A stretch of 64,000 bases of DNA. Source: an uncultured Eubacteriales bacterium (GTDB lineage Bacteria > Bacillota > Clostridia > Oscillospirales > Acutalibacteraceae). Both the position numbers and the translations under genes were made by a program. Positions 49,372 through 58,150 of this stretch are shown piece after piece (the stretch's first letter is position 1; each line of letters opens with the position of its first letter). The notes under the pieces are model-generated. The model was not told the origin of the DNA, did not search any database, and worked only from the letters and a program-made list of their open reading frames with translations. The DNA is taken from assembly GCA_900316385.1 (NCBI GenBank), contig ONCP01000004.1:96195-160194 (forward strand). Direction: 5' to 3'.

Positions 49372-50568
49372 TTATATTAATACATAGCTTCTTCCCTGAA
49401 CCGCCTTTATAAGACGCTTTATTTCCAGAACAGTGAGGATAGAGGATAATCTGGAAATCGGAAGAGCTGTGATTTCAGCGATTTTATCTATGTGAACAGG
49501 CTCGTTGCCGATCGCATAGTAAACGGCGAGTTCGTCCTCCTTAAGACCGAGGTTCTCCTTGTGAACGGGAAGCTCGGAGAGGTCGTTGACCCTGAGTCCG
49601 TTGATATCCTTAGGAGCCTTGCCCTTGATGGGGATAACGTTTACCCTCTCGTCAAGCGCGGAAAGCTCGGGGGCTATCTCCTCGGATACATATATATTAT
49701 CAAACTCGCTCAATATATCCGCGTAATCGGTTACGAGCGTAGCAATCTTATCCTTTACAAGCTGATTTGTGCCGTAGAAATGCGGGTCAACAGGTCCCGC
49801 CATAGCAAAGATTTTCTTGGAAGCGTCCTGCTCCAAGGCGGAATTAACCGTGATGAGCGCGCCGCTTTTCTTGCCTGCCTCAACGACGAGTATACCGTCG
49901 GAAAGCGCGGAGATAATGCGGTTGCGCTGCGGAAAATGATATGGATAAGGCTCGGTATCGGGCGGATACTCAGATATGACCGCGCCCTTATAGGTGATGT
50001 CGCTTCGCATTTTGCGGTTTTCCCTGAGATAATCATAATTGATACCGCAACCGAGAACGCATACGGTCACCCCGTCCGCGGCCAAAGCGCCGAGATGGGC
50101 GGAGCAGTCGATCCCGAGCGCGCCGCCGCTGACTATCGTTACACCGACCTTCGCAAGATTATACGACATGGCGTGCGAAGCCCTTATTCCGTACATTGAC
50201 GCCTTTCTTGTACCGACGACGCCGATGGACAGTCTGTCGTCGATATCGGGCAAAGCGCCCCAGACATACAGAACCGCGGGAGGGTCGTCAATACTGAAAA
50301 GACAGCGTGGATAATAAGGGTTGTCGAGCGTCAGTATCTCGTAGCAATAATGATTGCATTTCTCGATGATCTCCTCACAAACCGATAACGGAGTCTGCTT
50401 AAGCTTTTCTATTTCGGCGTTGGAAAACAAGCCCGAAAGTCTCCATTCGGACTCTCCGCCTTTATAAAAGCTTTCAATATCTCCGTAAAGCTCAAGAAGC
50501 TGCTTTCCCTTCGGATTGCAGTATCCGACGCACTGAGACAGCCATATCCAATATCTTACGTCAGTCAT
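49372..50568 (-). CDS. dprA: DNA processing protein DprA
   Basis: VVGTR, SGGALGID..AH, FPQRNRIIS, C-terminal winged helix. Confidence 0.95.
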   Translation of the reverse strand: MTDVRYWIWLSQCVGYCNPKGKQLLELYGDIESFYKGGESEWRLSGLFSNAEIEKLKQTPLSVCEEIIEKCNHYCYEILTLDNPYYPRCLFSIDDPPAVLYVWGALPDIDDRLSIGVVGTRKASMYGIRASHAMSYNLAKVGVTIVSGGALGIDCSAHLGALAADGVTVCVLGCGINYDYLRENRKMRSDITYKGAVISEYPPDTEPYPYHFPQRNRIISALSDGILVVEAGKKSGALITVNSALEQDASKKIFAMAGPVDPHFYGTNQLVKDKIATLVTDYADILSEFDNIYVSEEIAPELSALDERVNVIPIKGKAPKDINGLRVNDLSELPVHKENLGLKEDELAVYYAIGNEPVHIDKIAEITALPISRLSSILTVLEIKRLIKAVQGRSYVLI

Positions 50569-51350
50569 TTCATCATTTCCCACATTATTATGCCTGCGGC
50601 GATGGCGGCGTTGAGACTTTCGGCTCTGCCTGCCATCGGAATAGTAAACGATTTGTCACAAGCTTCAATAAGCCGCGCGGTAAGGCCGTTGCCCTCGTTG
50701 CCGACGCAAACGACAGAGGCGTGATCGGAAAAATCCAGAGCCGTGAGCTTATCGGCGTTTCTGTCGACCACGGCGGCGTAGGATTTTACGCCGTCAAGCG
50801 TTTTGATGAAGTCCGCGATCGAATCGACAACGGTATAAGAAAGCCTGAACACGGCGCCCATACTTCCTCTGACGACCTTTGGCGAATAGATATCGCAGCA
50901 GTCGGAGGAAAGGATTATACCGTCAATGCCTAAAGCCTCGGCAGTTCTTAGAACAGTGCCGAGATTAACGGGATCCTGGATATTTTCCAGAGCCAAAAAT
51001 TTACCGTTACATTTTATTTTATCAAATAGAGAGGGATTGTCAAGAGTTTTTATTACGCAAAGTATCCCCTGAGGCGATTTTGTGTCGGATATTTTGTTGA
51101 AAAGACTGTCGGGGAGCGAGTAGACTTCGCCTGCCCTATCGCTCAGACGGGCGATGATTTCGCCGTGCTTTGAAAGCGCGGAATCGGAAACCGCAAGTGA
51201 AATGATCTCGCGCTCAGAGAGAAGAGCGTCCTCGCAAAGCCTTAGCCCCTCGCATACGAACGCGTGATTATCGCGTCTGAAGGACGAGGATTTTATGAGC
51301 TTTGAGATGTGTTTCAAAGCGGAATTGTCCTTAGAGGTTATACGTTTCAT
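50565..51350 (-). CDS. TrmH/SpoU family RNA methyltransferase
   Basis: QDPVNLGTVLR, GNEGNG, ESLNAAIA. Confidence 0.92.
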   Translation of the reverse strand: MKRITSKDNSALKHISKLIKSSSFRRDNHAFVCEGLRLCEDALLSEREIISLAVSDSALSKHGEIIARLSDRAGEVYSLPDSLFNKISDTKSPQGILCVIKTLDNPSLFDKIKCNGKFLALENIQDPVNLGTVLRTAEALGIDGIILSSDCCDIYSPKVVRGSMGAVFRLSYTVVDSIADFIKTLDGVKSYAAVVDRNADKLTALDFSDHASVVCVGNEGNGLTARLIEACDKSFTIPMAGRAESLNAAIAAGIIMWEMMK

Positions 51351-51378
51351 TACTTTCCCCCGTTGTCCTCAAAATAGC

Positions 51379-51406
51379 AAAAGCGTTTGGAAGCAAATCC
51401 AAACGC
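51379..51406 (-). terminator. Intrinsic terminator after rplT
   Basis: gcgtttgga-6nt-tccaaacgc followed by TTTT on the minus strand. Confidence 0.75.
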
Positions 51407-51419
51407 GTTTACGTTTTAA

Positions 51420-51773
51420 TTATTTCGCGGCCTTTGCCTGCTCTACGAGAGCTGTGAAAGCGGCGGGATCCGAAATAGCGATTTCGGAAAGCATCTTGCG
51501 GTTAAGAGTAACGCCTGCCTTCTTGAGACCGTTCATAAATGTGGAATAGTTCACGCCGTTAGCCTTGCAGCCTGCGGAAATACGTGTGATCCAAAGGCGA
51601 CGGAAGTCTCTCTTCTTCTGCTTACGGCCGATGTAAGCATAGTTACCGGACTTCATTACCGCCTGCTTAGCCATTTTAAAGTGTCTTGATTTAGAACCGA
51701 AATAGCCCTTAGCGAGCTTTAAAACTTTTTTTCTTCTCTTGCGAGTAGCCATAGCGCCTTTAACTCGTGCCAT
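51420..51773 (-). CDS. rplT: 50S ribosomal protein L20
   Basis: [30 protein letters not shown]. Confidence 0.98.
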   Translation of the reverse strand: MARVKGAMATRKRRKKVLKLAKGYFGSKSRHFKMAKQAVMKSGNYAYIGRKQKKRDFRRLWITRISAGCKANGVNYSTFMNGLKKAGVTLNRKMLSEIAISDPAAFTALVEQAKAAK

Positions 51774-51810
51774 ATTTATTACCTCCGTTTAGTTAGAAAT
51801 TACAAGAAAA

Positions 51811-52008
51811 TTATTTATAAGGAATCAGACGCTTGATCTGAGCCACGTTTGTCTTGTCAGCGCATACTGTCTGACGGAGACCTCTTTTACGCTTTCTTGT
51901 TTTCTTGTTGAGAATGTGGGATTTGTTAGCGTGAGCACGGATTACCTTACCGTTCTTAGAGAGCTTGAAGCGCTTTTTAGCTCCGCTGTGAGTTTTAATT
52001 TTAGGCAT
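51811..52008 (-). CDS. rpmI: 50S ribosomal protein L35
   Basis: [14 protein letters not shown]. Confidence 0.98.
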   Translation of the reverse strand: MPKIKTHSGAKKRFKLSKNGKVIRAHANKSHILNKKTRKRKRGLRQTVCADKTNVAQIKRLIPYK

Positions 52009-52032
52009 AATATTTATCCTCCTTAACTTTGA

Positions 52033-52551
52033 TTACTTCGACTGCTTTGGCGCCAAGAACATAAGCATGTTACGACCCTCAAGCTTTGCGGGCTTGGAGA
52101 TAGTGGCGTATTCGGAGCAAGCCTCTGAGAAACGATTCATAATATCATAGCCGAATTCGGAATGACCCATTTCACGTCCCCTGAAACGAATGGAAACCTT
52201 TACCTTGTCGCCGTGCTTCAAAAATTTAAGAGCGTTATTGAGCTTGGTGTTGAAGTCGTGCGTGTCGATATTGAGCGAAAGACGAACTTCCTTTGTGTCA
52301 ATGATCTTCTGATTTTTTCTGGCTTCCTTTTCTCTTTTGGCCTGTTCGAACCTGTACTTACCGTAATCCATAATCTTGCACACGGGCGGTTTAGCCTGCG
52401 GAGCAATTTTTACGAGATCAAGGTCTGATTTAGCCGCCAGATCAAGAGCTTCCTTTGCGGACATAATTCCGAGCTGTTCGCCGTTTGCGCTCACGATCCT
52501 GAGCTCGCTGTCGCGGATATCCTCGTTGATCTGAATTTCATGCTTACTGAT
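52033..52551 (-). CDS. infC: Translation initiation factor IF-3 with non-AUG (ATC) start
   Basis: INEDIR, KPPVCKIMDYGK, FRGRE; GGAGGTG lies 7 nt before ATC AGT AAG. Confidence 0.95.
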   Translation of the reverse strand: MSKHEIQINEDIRDSELRIVSANGEQLGIMSAKEALDLAAKSDLDLVKIAPQAKPPVCKIMDYGKYRFEQAKREKEARKNQKIIDTKEVRLSLNIDTHDFNTKLNNALKFLKHGDKVKVSIRFRGREMGHSEFGYDIMNRFSEACSEYATISKPAKLEGRNMLMFLAPKQSK

Positions 52552-52574
52552 AACAAAGCACCTCCATAGTATAA

Positions 52575-52699
52575 AATAATAAAATAAATGCGGACGAGAA
52601 ACCGTCCGCATTACAACACAAATTAAACTCAGTTTAATGTATTGACCCGCGCAGACGGAACCCCGCAGGTGAAAGCCGTTAAGCTTTTCTTTATTTTAC
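52575..52699 (-). ncRNA. L20 leader with attenuator terminator
   Basis: AAAGAAAAGC..GCUUUCACCUG..CGGGUCAA upstream of infC-rpmI-rplT, then an aatgcggacg/cgtccgcatt stem (52587-52612) with a U-rich tail. Confidence 0.7.
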
Positions 52700-52705
52700 C
52701 GATAT

Positions 52706-52734
52706 ATTATATAACATTAAAAACGAGTTGTCAA
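52706..52734 (-). promoter_or_regulatory. Sigma-A promoter for infC-rpmI-rplT
   Basis: Perfect TTGACA-N17-TATAAT. Confidence 0.85.
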
Positions 52735-52737
52735 GTA

Positions 52738-54519
52738 TTATTTTTTAAGAGAATCATAAATCAGCTGAGCGATCCTCTCGGAGGACTTACCGTCGAGCTT
52801 ATCAAAGAACATATCCCTGAATTTTTCGATTTTTTCGGTTTCATAGTCCTCATTTTTGATCGCGTCAAGCAGGGTGTAGATCGAGGTGCAGATCTTACCT
52901 GGGATATTGAGCTTGAAATCAAAGTAGAAATCTCTCTCCTTGATGTAGGTCTCAAGATCGTAAGCGTAGAAGAGCATTGGGATATTGAGGATAGACGCCT
53001 CGAATACGAGCGAGGAGTAATCTGTGATGATAACGTCGGAAATAAAGAGAAGATCGTTGATCTCGGTGTTATCGGAAAGATCGATTACCCTGTCAGCGTA
53101 TTTCTCGGGTATCTCGTGCTTCTCCGCGACAAAGGGATGATGCTTGATGATTATAGCATATTCGTTTCCCAGGCTCTTGCAAACCTCGTTGATGTCAAAA
53201 AGCTCCATCGGATAATAAGCGCTTTCCTTTACGTCGCCTCGGAAGGTCGGAGCGAAGAGAATGATCTTTTTATCCTTGAACTTGGGATATTCGGAGTAGA
53301 ATTTTTTAATAAAATTATTCTTATATTCCTCATCAAAGAATATATCGGTTCTGGCGATACCCGTCGGAACGACATTCTCAGTGGGAATACCGAAGCCCTC
53401 GGAGTGACACTTTTTGCAGTATTCCGAGCTAACCGTAACATAGTCGTAGGAACGGTGCATTCTTGTCGCCTGAGGCGAGCCCTTGGGCTTACCGAGACGT
53501 GTAAAGCCGAATGTTTTGAACGCTCCGCAGGCGTGCCAAAGCTGAATGATCTTGGTTTCGGGCTTGGTATTGATAAGATGGATCTGAGGAGTAAATTCAT
53601 CAAGAACGATGACCTTACTTGTAGCGCAGGCCTCAGCAAACTCCTTGATCTGCTTTCTGTTCATAAACCTGAAGGTGTTGGTGTTGTAGAGGAACTGAAT
53701 ATCGAGGTTGGGATCGTCCTTGAGCTGATTATATACAAACTCAAAGTTTCCCGAAAGCTCCTCGCGTCTGGCGGAATAAAAGGTGATTTTATTCTCCTGG
53801 ATCTTCTTTCTTTTCTTGCGTCTGTAAGCCGACTTGATCCTTCCTCTCTTGAAGCGGACCATAGAGAAGCTCTCGCGGCAGATCCTGGACATTCTCAGAA
53901 GAACGTAAGTAAACAAACGCTGAAACTTGTTCTCGGATTCTATCCTTTTCGGCATATTGATAAAGCCCGTAAAGGTCAGCAAGCCCATAAGGATATACAC
54001 GGGAATGAGCGGAATGGCGAGTATAAACGCAAGGATTTTTAAAAGGAAGTCAAATTTAGCGACCAGAATGTGAAGATAGTGATTTTTTCTGATTTTCTTG
54101 GGCAAGGGAGTAAAATGATAATGATCGCCCATATTTTCAAACTCATAGAGCTTGTTATCCTGTTCAAACTCAGCGGGCGTGAGGTCGACCTTGATCTTTT
54201 CCTCATAATAATCCGCGAAGCTGAGGTTGATATACATATCAAAGGGCAAGCCCTTGCCCCTTGTATCCCAGAAAAGATAATCAAGCCTGTACGTATATTC
54301 GCCCCAGAAAAGCATCTTGCCGTCGATACGGGTGATATCGTTGAAGCGGACGACAAGCGGAATGCGCCTGTCCTCCTTGCCGTTTTCAAAATAAAATATA
54401 ACCTTCGGAGTTGAAAGGCAGTGGCTGTCGATTGACGGGTCGGTAAATTCGCCCGAAACATTGACGGTAAGCTTCTGCTTTTCAATGATCACGCTGTTAA
54501 AACGCAGTTTATAATCCAC
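52738..54519 (-). CDS. TarL/TagF-like CDP-polyol:poly(polyol-phosphate) transferase
   Basis: QLWHACGAFKTFG, PTGIARTD, FAPTFRG, IKHHPF, DYSSL motifs; GTG start 8 nt after GGGGG removes the overlap with the upstream gene. Confidence 0.9.
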   Translation of the reverse strand: MDYKLRFNSVIIEKQKLTVNVSGEFTDPSIDSHCLSTPKVIFYFENGKEDRRIPLVVRFNDITRIDGKMLFWGEYTYRLDYLFWDTRGKGLPFDMYINLSFADYYEEKIKVDLTPAEFEQDNKLYEFENMGDHYHFTPLPKKIRKNHYLHILVAKFDFLLKILAFILAIPLIPVYILMGLLTFTGFINMPKRIESENKFQRLFTYVLLRMSRICRESFSMVRFKRGRIKSAYRRKKRKKIQENKITFYSARREELSGNFEFVYNQLKDDPNLDIQFLYNTNTFRFMNRKQIKEFAEACATSKVIVLDEFTPQIHLINTKPETKIIQLWHACGAFKTFGFTRLGKPKGSPQATRMHRSYDYVTVSSEYCKKCHSEGFGIPTENVVPTGIARTDIFFDEEYKNNFIKKFYSEYPKFKDKKIILFAPTFRGDVKESAYYPMELFDINEVCKSLGNEYAIIIKHHPFVAEKHEIPEKYADRVIDLSDNTEINDLLFISDVIITDYSSLVFEASILNIPMLFYAYDLETYIKERDFYFDFKLNIPGKICTSIYTLLDAIKNEDYETEKIEKFRDMFFDKLDGKSSERIAQLIYDSLKK

Positions 54520-54544
54520 TCCATAATCCCCCCAAATATCTAAA

Positions 54545-55210
54545 TCATTCAACAAGACTGTAAAATCTTTCGACAGCCTCGTCAAGCGGATAATCCTTGC
54601 CGTAAACCGAGGAAGAACCCGCGACAAAGATATCAGCGCCTCTTTCGCGCATTTCGCCGCAATGATCCCAGCTGACGTGACCGTCAACCTCGATTTTTAC
54701 ATCCTTGCCCGATTCGTCAATGATCCTTCTAAGCTCGGAGAGCCTGTCCATACTGCCCTCGACCATAGGCTGACCCGCAAAACCAGGGTAAACGGTCATC
54801 AGAAGCACCGCGTAAACCTCGTCAAGAAAAGCCTTTACGGTATCAACGGGAGTATCGGGACTGATCGCGATACAAGGCAAAGCGCCTCTGTTTTTGATAT
54901 CCTCAAGCACTGTATGAGCGTCGTTGCAGGCTTCATAATGAACCGAGACCATATCCCCCTCGCCTATTTCCATAGCGTCAAAGAATTGCTCGGGCTTAAA
55001 AGCCATAATGTGAATATCGCGCTTGATGTTCTTCATCGGCTTTTTAAAGCATTTTACCATATTGGTGTCAAACGTGATATTCGGAACAAATTTATTGTCC
55101 ATAAAATCGATATGAAGATACTCGACCCCGAGAGAGTCAAGCTTCTCGATCTCGTCATAAAGATGAAGCAGATCGGCGCACATAACCGACGGTGATAGTA
55201 ATCCAGCCAT
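54545..55210 (-). CDS. Ketose-phosphate 3-epimerase (Rpe/AlsE family)
   Basis: SPSVMCAD, HIDFMD..FVPN, DIHIM, MTVYPGFAGQ, EVDG; SPSxMC is AlsE-like. Confidence 0.9.
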   Translation of the reverse strand: MAGLLSPSVMCADLLHLYDEIEKLDSLGVEYLHIDFMDNKFVPNITFDTNMVKCFKKPMKNIKRDIHIMAFKPEQFFDAMEIGEGDMVSVHYEACNDAHTVLEDIKNRGALPCIAISPDTPVDTVKAFLDEVYAVLLMTVYPGFAGQPMVEGSMDRLSELRRIIDESGKDVKIEVDGHVSWDHCGEMRERGADIFVAGSSSVYGKDYPLDEAVERFYSLVE

Positions 55211-55230
55211 AATATACCCTGAGTCGGCAA

Positions 55231-56283
55231 TCAGTCGATAACGACCATTACCTTGCTGTAAAACTCTTTTCCTTCTTTCATAATTTCAAGACCCTTGTCC
55301 ATATCCTCGAGAGAGAATTTATGAGTAATGAGGGGCTTGACCTTTACGGCGCCCGATGACATCGCGTTTACAACGATGTTCCAGTCGCTCTGAGGCGTGT
55401 TGTTATAAGCGGAGTTCCACGTACCGAAGATACGAAGCTGCTTTCTGAGTATCTGCCAGTAGGTGTTCTGCGGGAAGGTGAAATCGCCGTGAGGATTGCC
55501 CACGTAGATGACCTTACCGCCCGAGCAAACGCTGTCAAGACAGTTGCCCGCAGTCACAGCGATACCGACGGCCTCGATAGCTACGTCAGCGCCGTTGCCT
55601 CCTGTCTGCTCCATTACCCACTCGATCGGATCGCCGTGAGAGGCGTTGAAATAATCATAAAAGCCGAGGCTTTCGATGAACTCGTAGTTATTCATATCGG
55701 TTCCGACAAGCAGAACCTTGTTGGCTCCCCAGGCTCTCGCCCACTGAGCGATGAGCATACCGATAGTACCGGGACCGTAAATAACGACTGTGTCGCCGAT
55801 CTCGATACCCGCCTGTCTCAGCGCGTGAAGCGCGACTGCCGTGGGCTCCGCCATGGCCGCTTCCTCAAAGGAAACGTTGTCGGCGATCGGAACCAGATTC
55901 CAAACGGGAACACGCACATATTCGGCAAAGGCTCCGTCGGAACGCGAGCCGAGATAATCATAGCTCTTGCAGGTCTCGTATACGCCCTTGTTGCAGCTTG
56001 CGCATTTTCTGCAAGGGATAAGCGGAAAAACCGCGGCGCGTGTGCCTATAAGGTGTTCGTTTTCCTTGGAAGCCGCCGCTACGACCTCACCCGCGAACTC
56101 GTGACCGGGAATGGTCGGGAAATGATAGGTTCCGTTAACAAAGATTCTGGGGATATCCGAGCCGCAGATTCCGCAGGCTCTGACTCTCATAAGAACCTCG
56201 TCGGGCTTGAGCTCGGGGATGGGATAATCCTCATATCTTAAATCTCCGACCGCGTGAAGCACTCTTGCTTTCATAGTATCCAT
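55231..56283 (-). CDS. Zn-dependent polyol-phosphate dehydrogenase (GatD-like MDR)
   Basis: CGSDIPRIF, GHEFAG, C..C..C...YETC structural Zn site, YLGSRSDGAFAEYV, GPGTIG. Confidence 0.88.
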   Translation of the reverse strand: MDTMKARVLHAVGDLRYEDYPIPELKPDEVLMRVRACGICGSDIPRIFVNGTYHFPTIPGHEFAGEVVAAASKENEHLIGTRAAVFPLIPCRKCASCNKGVYETCKSYDYLGSRSDGAFAEYVRVPVWNLVPIADNVSFEEAAMAEPTAVALHALRQAGIEIGDTVVIYGPGTIGMLIAQWARAWGANKVLLVGTDMNNYEFIESLGFYDYFNASHGDPIEWVMEQTGGNGADVAIEAVGIAVTAGNCLDSVCSGGKVIYVGNPHGDFTFPQNTYWQILRKQLRIFGTWNSAYNNTPQSDWNIVVNAMSSGAVKVKPLITHKFSLEDMDKGLEIMKEGKEFYSKVMVVID

Positions 56284-56298
56284 TGTGTGTCCCTCCAA

Positions 56299-56988
56299 TC
56301 AGGAATTGATAATAGTTTCAAAAGTTTCTAAATCTTCTATTGTTGTTATTTTGAAGTTTCTTTCACTGCCCTCTACAAGGCGGATCTTCATTCCGTGGCG
56401 GTAGGCGATCTCACTGCTTCCTGCTGTGGAGGCGATCTCCTCGTCCGTTACGGAATTATGTATATCGAGGTATTTTTTGAAATCAAAGCTCTCGGGAGCC
56501 TGTCCCGCGAAAAGCTCGCTTCTCTTGAGAAGGCTGTCGATCGACTTTCCGTCCTTGCTGAGATAAACCGTATCCTTCACGGAAATAACGGGCATAGCGC
56601 CGTCGTCCTCGACCGCGCCCTTGATACAGTCGTCAATGATCTTGTCGGACACAAGCGGACGCGCGGCGTCGTGGATAATAACGACGTCGGTATCGGGAGC
56701 GTTTTTCTCCGTAGCTTTTAGCCCGTTAAAGATGGAGTGCTGGCGTGTTTCTCCCGCGGGAGCGTAGCCGCAGACCTTTGAAATGCCGTATTTTTCGACA
56801 TTCTCTTTAACGTAGTCCTTCCACTCGTCGCTGACGACAATAACGATATTATCGATACTGTCATGCTTCTCGAAGATTTCAAGACAATACACGATAATCG
56901 GTTTTTCCTTTACGATCAAATACTGTTTGGGACGGTCGACGCCCATTCTCGAGCCGACTCCGCCGGCAAGAATAATAGCAGTGTTCAT
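56299..56988 (-). CDS. IspD/TarI family polyol-phosphate cytidylyltransferase
   Basis: LAGGVGSRMG..PKQY, HDAARP, GQAPESF, NFKITT.EDL. Confidence 0.92.
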   Translation of the reverse strand: MNTAIILAGGVGSRMGVDRPKQYLIVKEKPIIVYCLEIFEKHDSIDNIVIVVSDEWKDYVKENVEKYGISKVCGYAPAGETRQHSIFNGLKATEKNAPDTDVVIIHDAARPLVSDKIIDDCIKGAVEDDGAMPVISVKDTVYLSKDGKSIDSLLKRSELFAGQAPESFDFKKYLDIHNSVTDEEIASTAGSSEIAYRHGMKIRLVEGSERNFKITTIEDLETFETIINS

Positions 56989-57019
56989 AAATCCTCCAAA
57001 GGTAACTGTTATTCTAAAT

Positions 57020-57048
57020 ATTTTATCATAAATTGCGGAATAAGTCAA
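57020..57048 (-). promoter_or_regulatory. Sigma-A promoter P2 of the polyol-phosphate operon
   Basis: TTGACT-N17-TAAAAT with extended TGn. Confidence 0.7.
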
Positions 57049-57088
57049 TCAGGACGCACTTGTCCCAATTATTATTACGCTATTTTAA

Positions 57089-57117
57089 AGTATAATGGCA
57101 AATAATAAAACTGTCAA
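57089..57117 (-). promoter_or_regulatory. Sigma-A promoter P1 of the polyol-phosphate operon
   Basis: TTGACA-N17-TATACT. Confidence 0.7.
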
Positions 57118-57160
57118 TTTTTGTAAAAAGAATGTAACCATTTACGCGGAATATAATAGC

Positions 57161-57189
57161 TTGATTTAATGATATTATTATGATAATAT
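57161..57189 (+). promoter_or_regulatory. Sigma-A promoter for CPBP-tadA
   Basis: TTGATT-N17-TAATAT with extended TGn. Confidence 0.55.
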
Positions 57190-57207
57190 TGAATCGGATG
57201 TGATTAT

Positions 57208-58149
57208 ATGGATATTTACAAAAGACAATACCTCAAAAGGACCTCGAGCGGGCTTGGCTTTATGGTCTTTGCGATTACGGGAACGATGAATCTCGTTGCG
57301 TTGATACTGTCGATAGCGCTGTTCACAAGGCTCGACACGACGCTGTCGCTGTGGATGCAGATGTTCATTTCCGTTTCGTGTATGTTTATTTCGGGAATGG
57401 TTTACTGCTGGGCTTCAAAAAGCGATATCAATGAGCTGATCAAGGTAAAAAGAGTAAGCCCAAAGCTTGCCGTTCCCCTGATTATGATCGCTCTGACTGT
57501 TTCGTTCACCTCTGATTATCTCGCCGATCTTCTTCAATCCAGTTTTTCTGTTTTCGGACTTGAAAACGGAATAGAGCTTAATACAGAATCTACTACGCCC
57601 GTAAATTTCTTACTGAATATTATCGCCGTTTCCGTCGTTCCGCCTCTTGTTGAAGAATTTGTGTTCAGAGGCGTGCTTCTCGGAAAGCTAAGACGCTTCG
57701 GAGACGGGTTCGCGGTTCTGATGTCCTCGGTGATTTTCGGTTTGATCCATGAAAATCTTGTACAAATACCCTTTGCATTTATCGTCGGCTTGGCTCTCGC
57801 CTTTACCACTGTTAAATGCGGCTCCGTAGTTCCTGCCATAATCGTGCATTTTATTGTCAATTTCAGAGCTACGCTGATTTCGTCACTGATCGATAATAAG
57901 GTTATTTCCGAGGAAATCCTCAACATCATATATATAGTTTTCCTTATAGTGGTTTTTATTCTCGGCATTGTTTCCGCGTACAGGCTCAGCAAAAAAGAGG
58001 GCTTTTTCTCTCTTGAAAGCAAGCCCGATTATCCGTTCGCGGAATCGCTCGGAGCTTTTATCGGAAACGGCGGAATGATCTGCTTCCTTGTTATCGTTGT
58101 GATCAACACGATTTCGACCACCTCTCTGTTTTCTTTTTTGGGAGGCTGA
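57208..58149 (+). CDS. CPBP (CAAX protease/Abi) family intramembrane metalloprotease
   Basis: About 8 TM helices, EEFVFRG, FGLIH, HFIVN. Confidence 0.9.
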   Translation: MDIYKRQYLKRTSSGLGFMVFAITGTMNLVALILSIALFTRLDTTLSLWMQMFISVSCMFISGMVYCWASKSDINELIKVKRVSPKLAVPLIMIALTVSFTSDYLADLLQSSFSVFGLENGIELNTESTTPVNFLLNIIAVSVVPPLVEEFVFRGVLLGKLRRFGDGFAVLMSSVIFGLIHENLVQIPFAFIVGLALAFTTVKCGSVVPAIIVHFIVNFRATLISSLIDNKVISEEILNIIYIVFLIVVFILGIVSAYRLSKKEGFFSLESKPDYPFAESLGAFIGNGGMICFLVIVVINTISTTSLFSFLGG

Positions 58150-58150
58150 T

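Noticed and set aside
52642-54042. 466-aa plus-strand ORF opposite the TarL-like gene
   Set aside because: Antisense shadow of a well-supported gene; no RBS, no recognisable motif, and it starts inside the L20 leader. Long antisense frames are common throughout this window.
54569-54575. Isolated 0A-box-like heptamers inside coding regions (here and elsewhere)
   Set aside because: Single 7-mers occur by chance several times in 64 kb; no clustering or promoter context.
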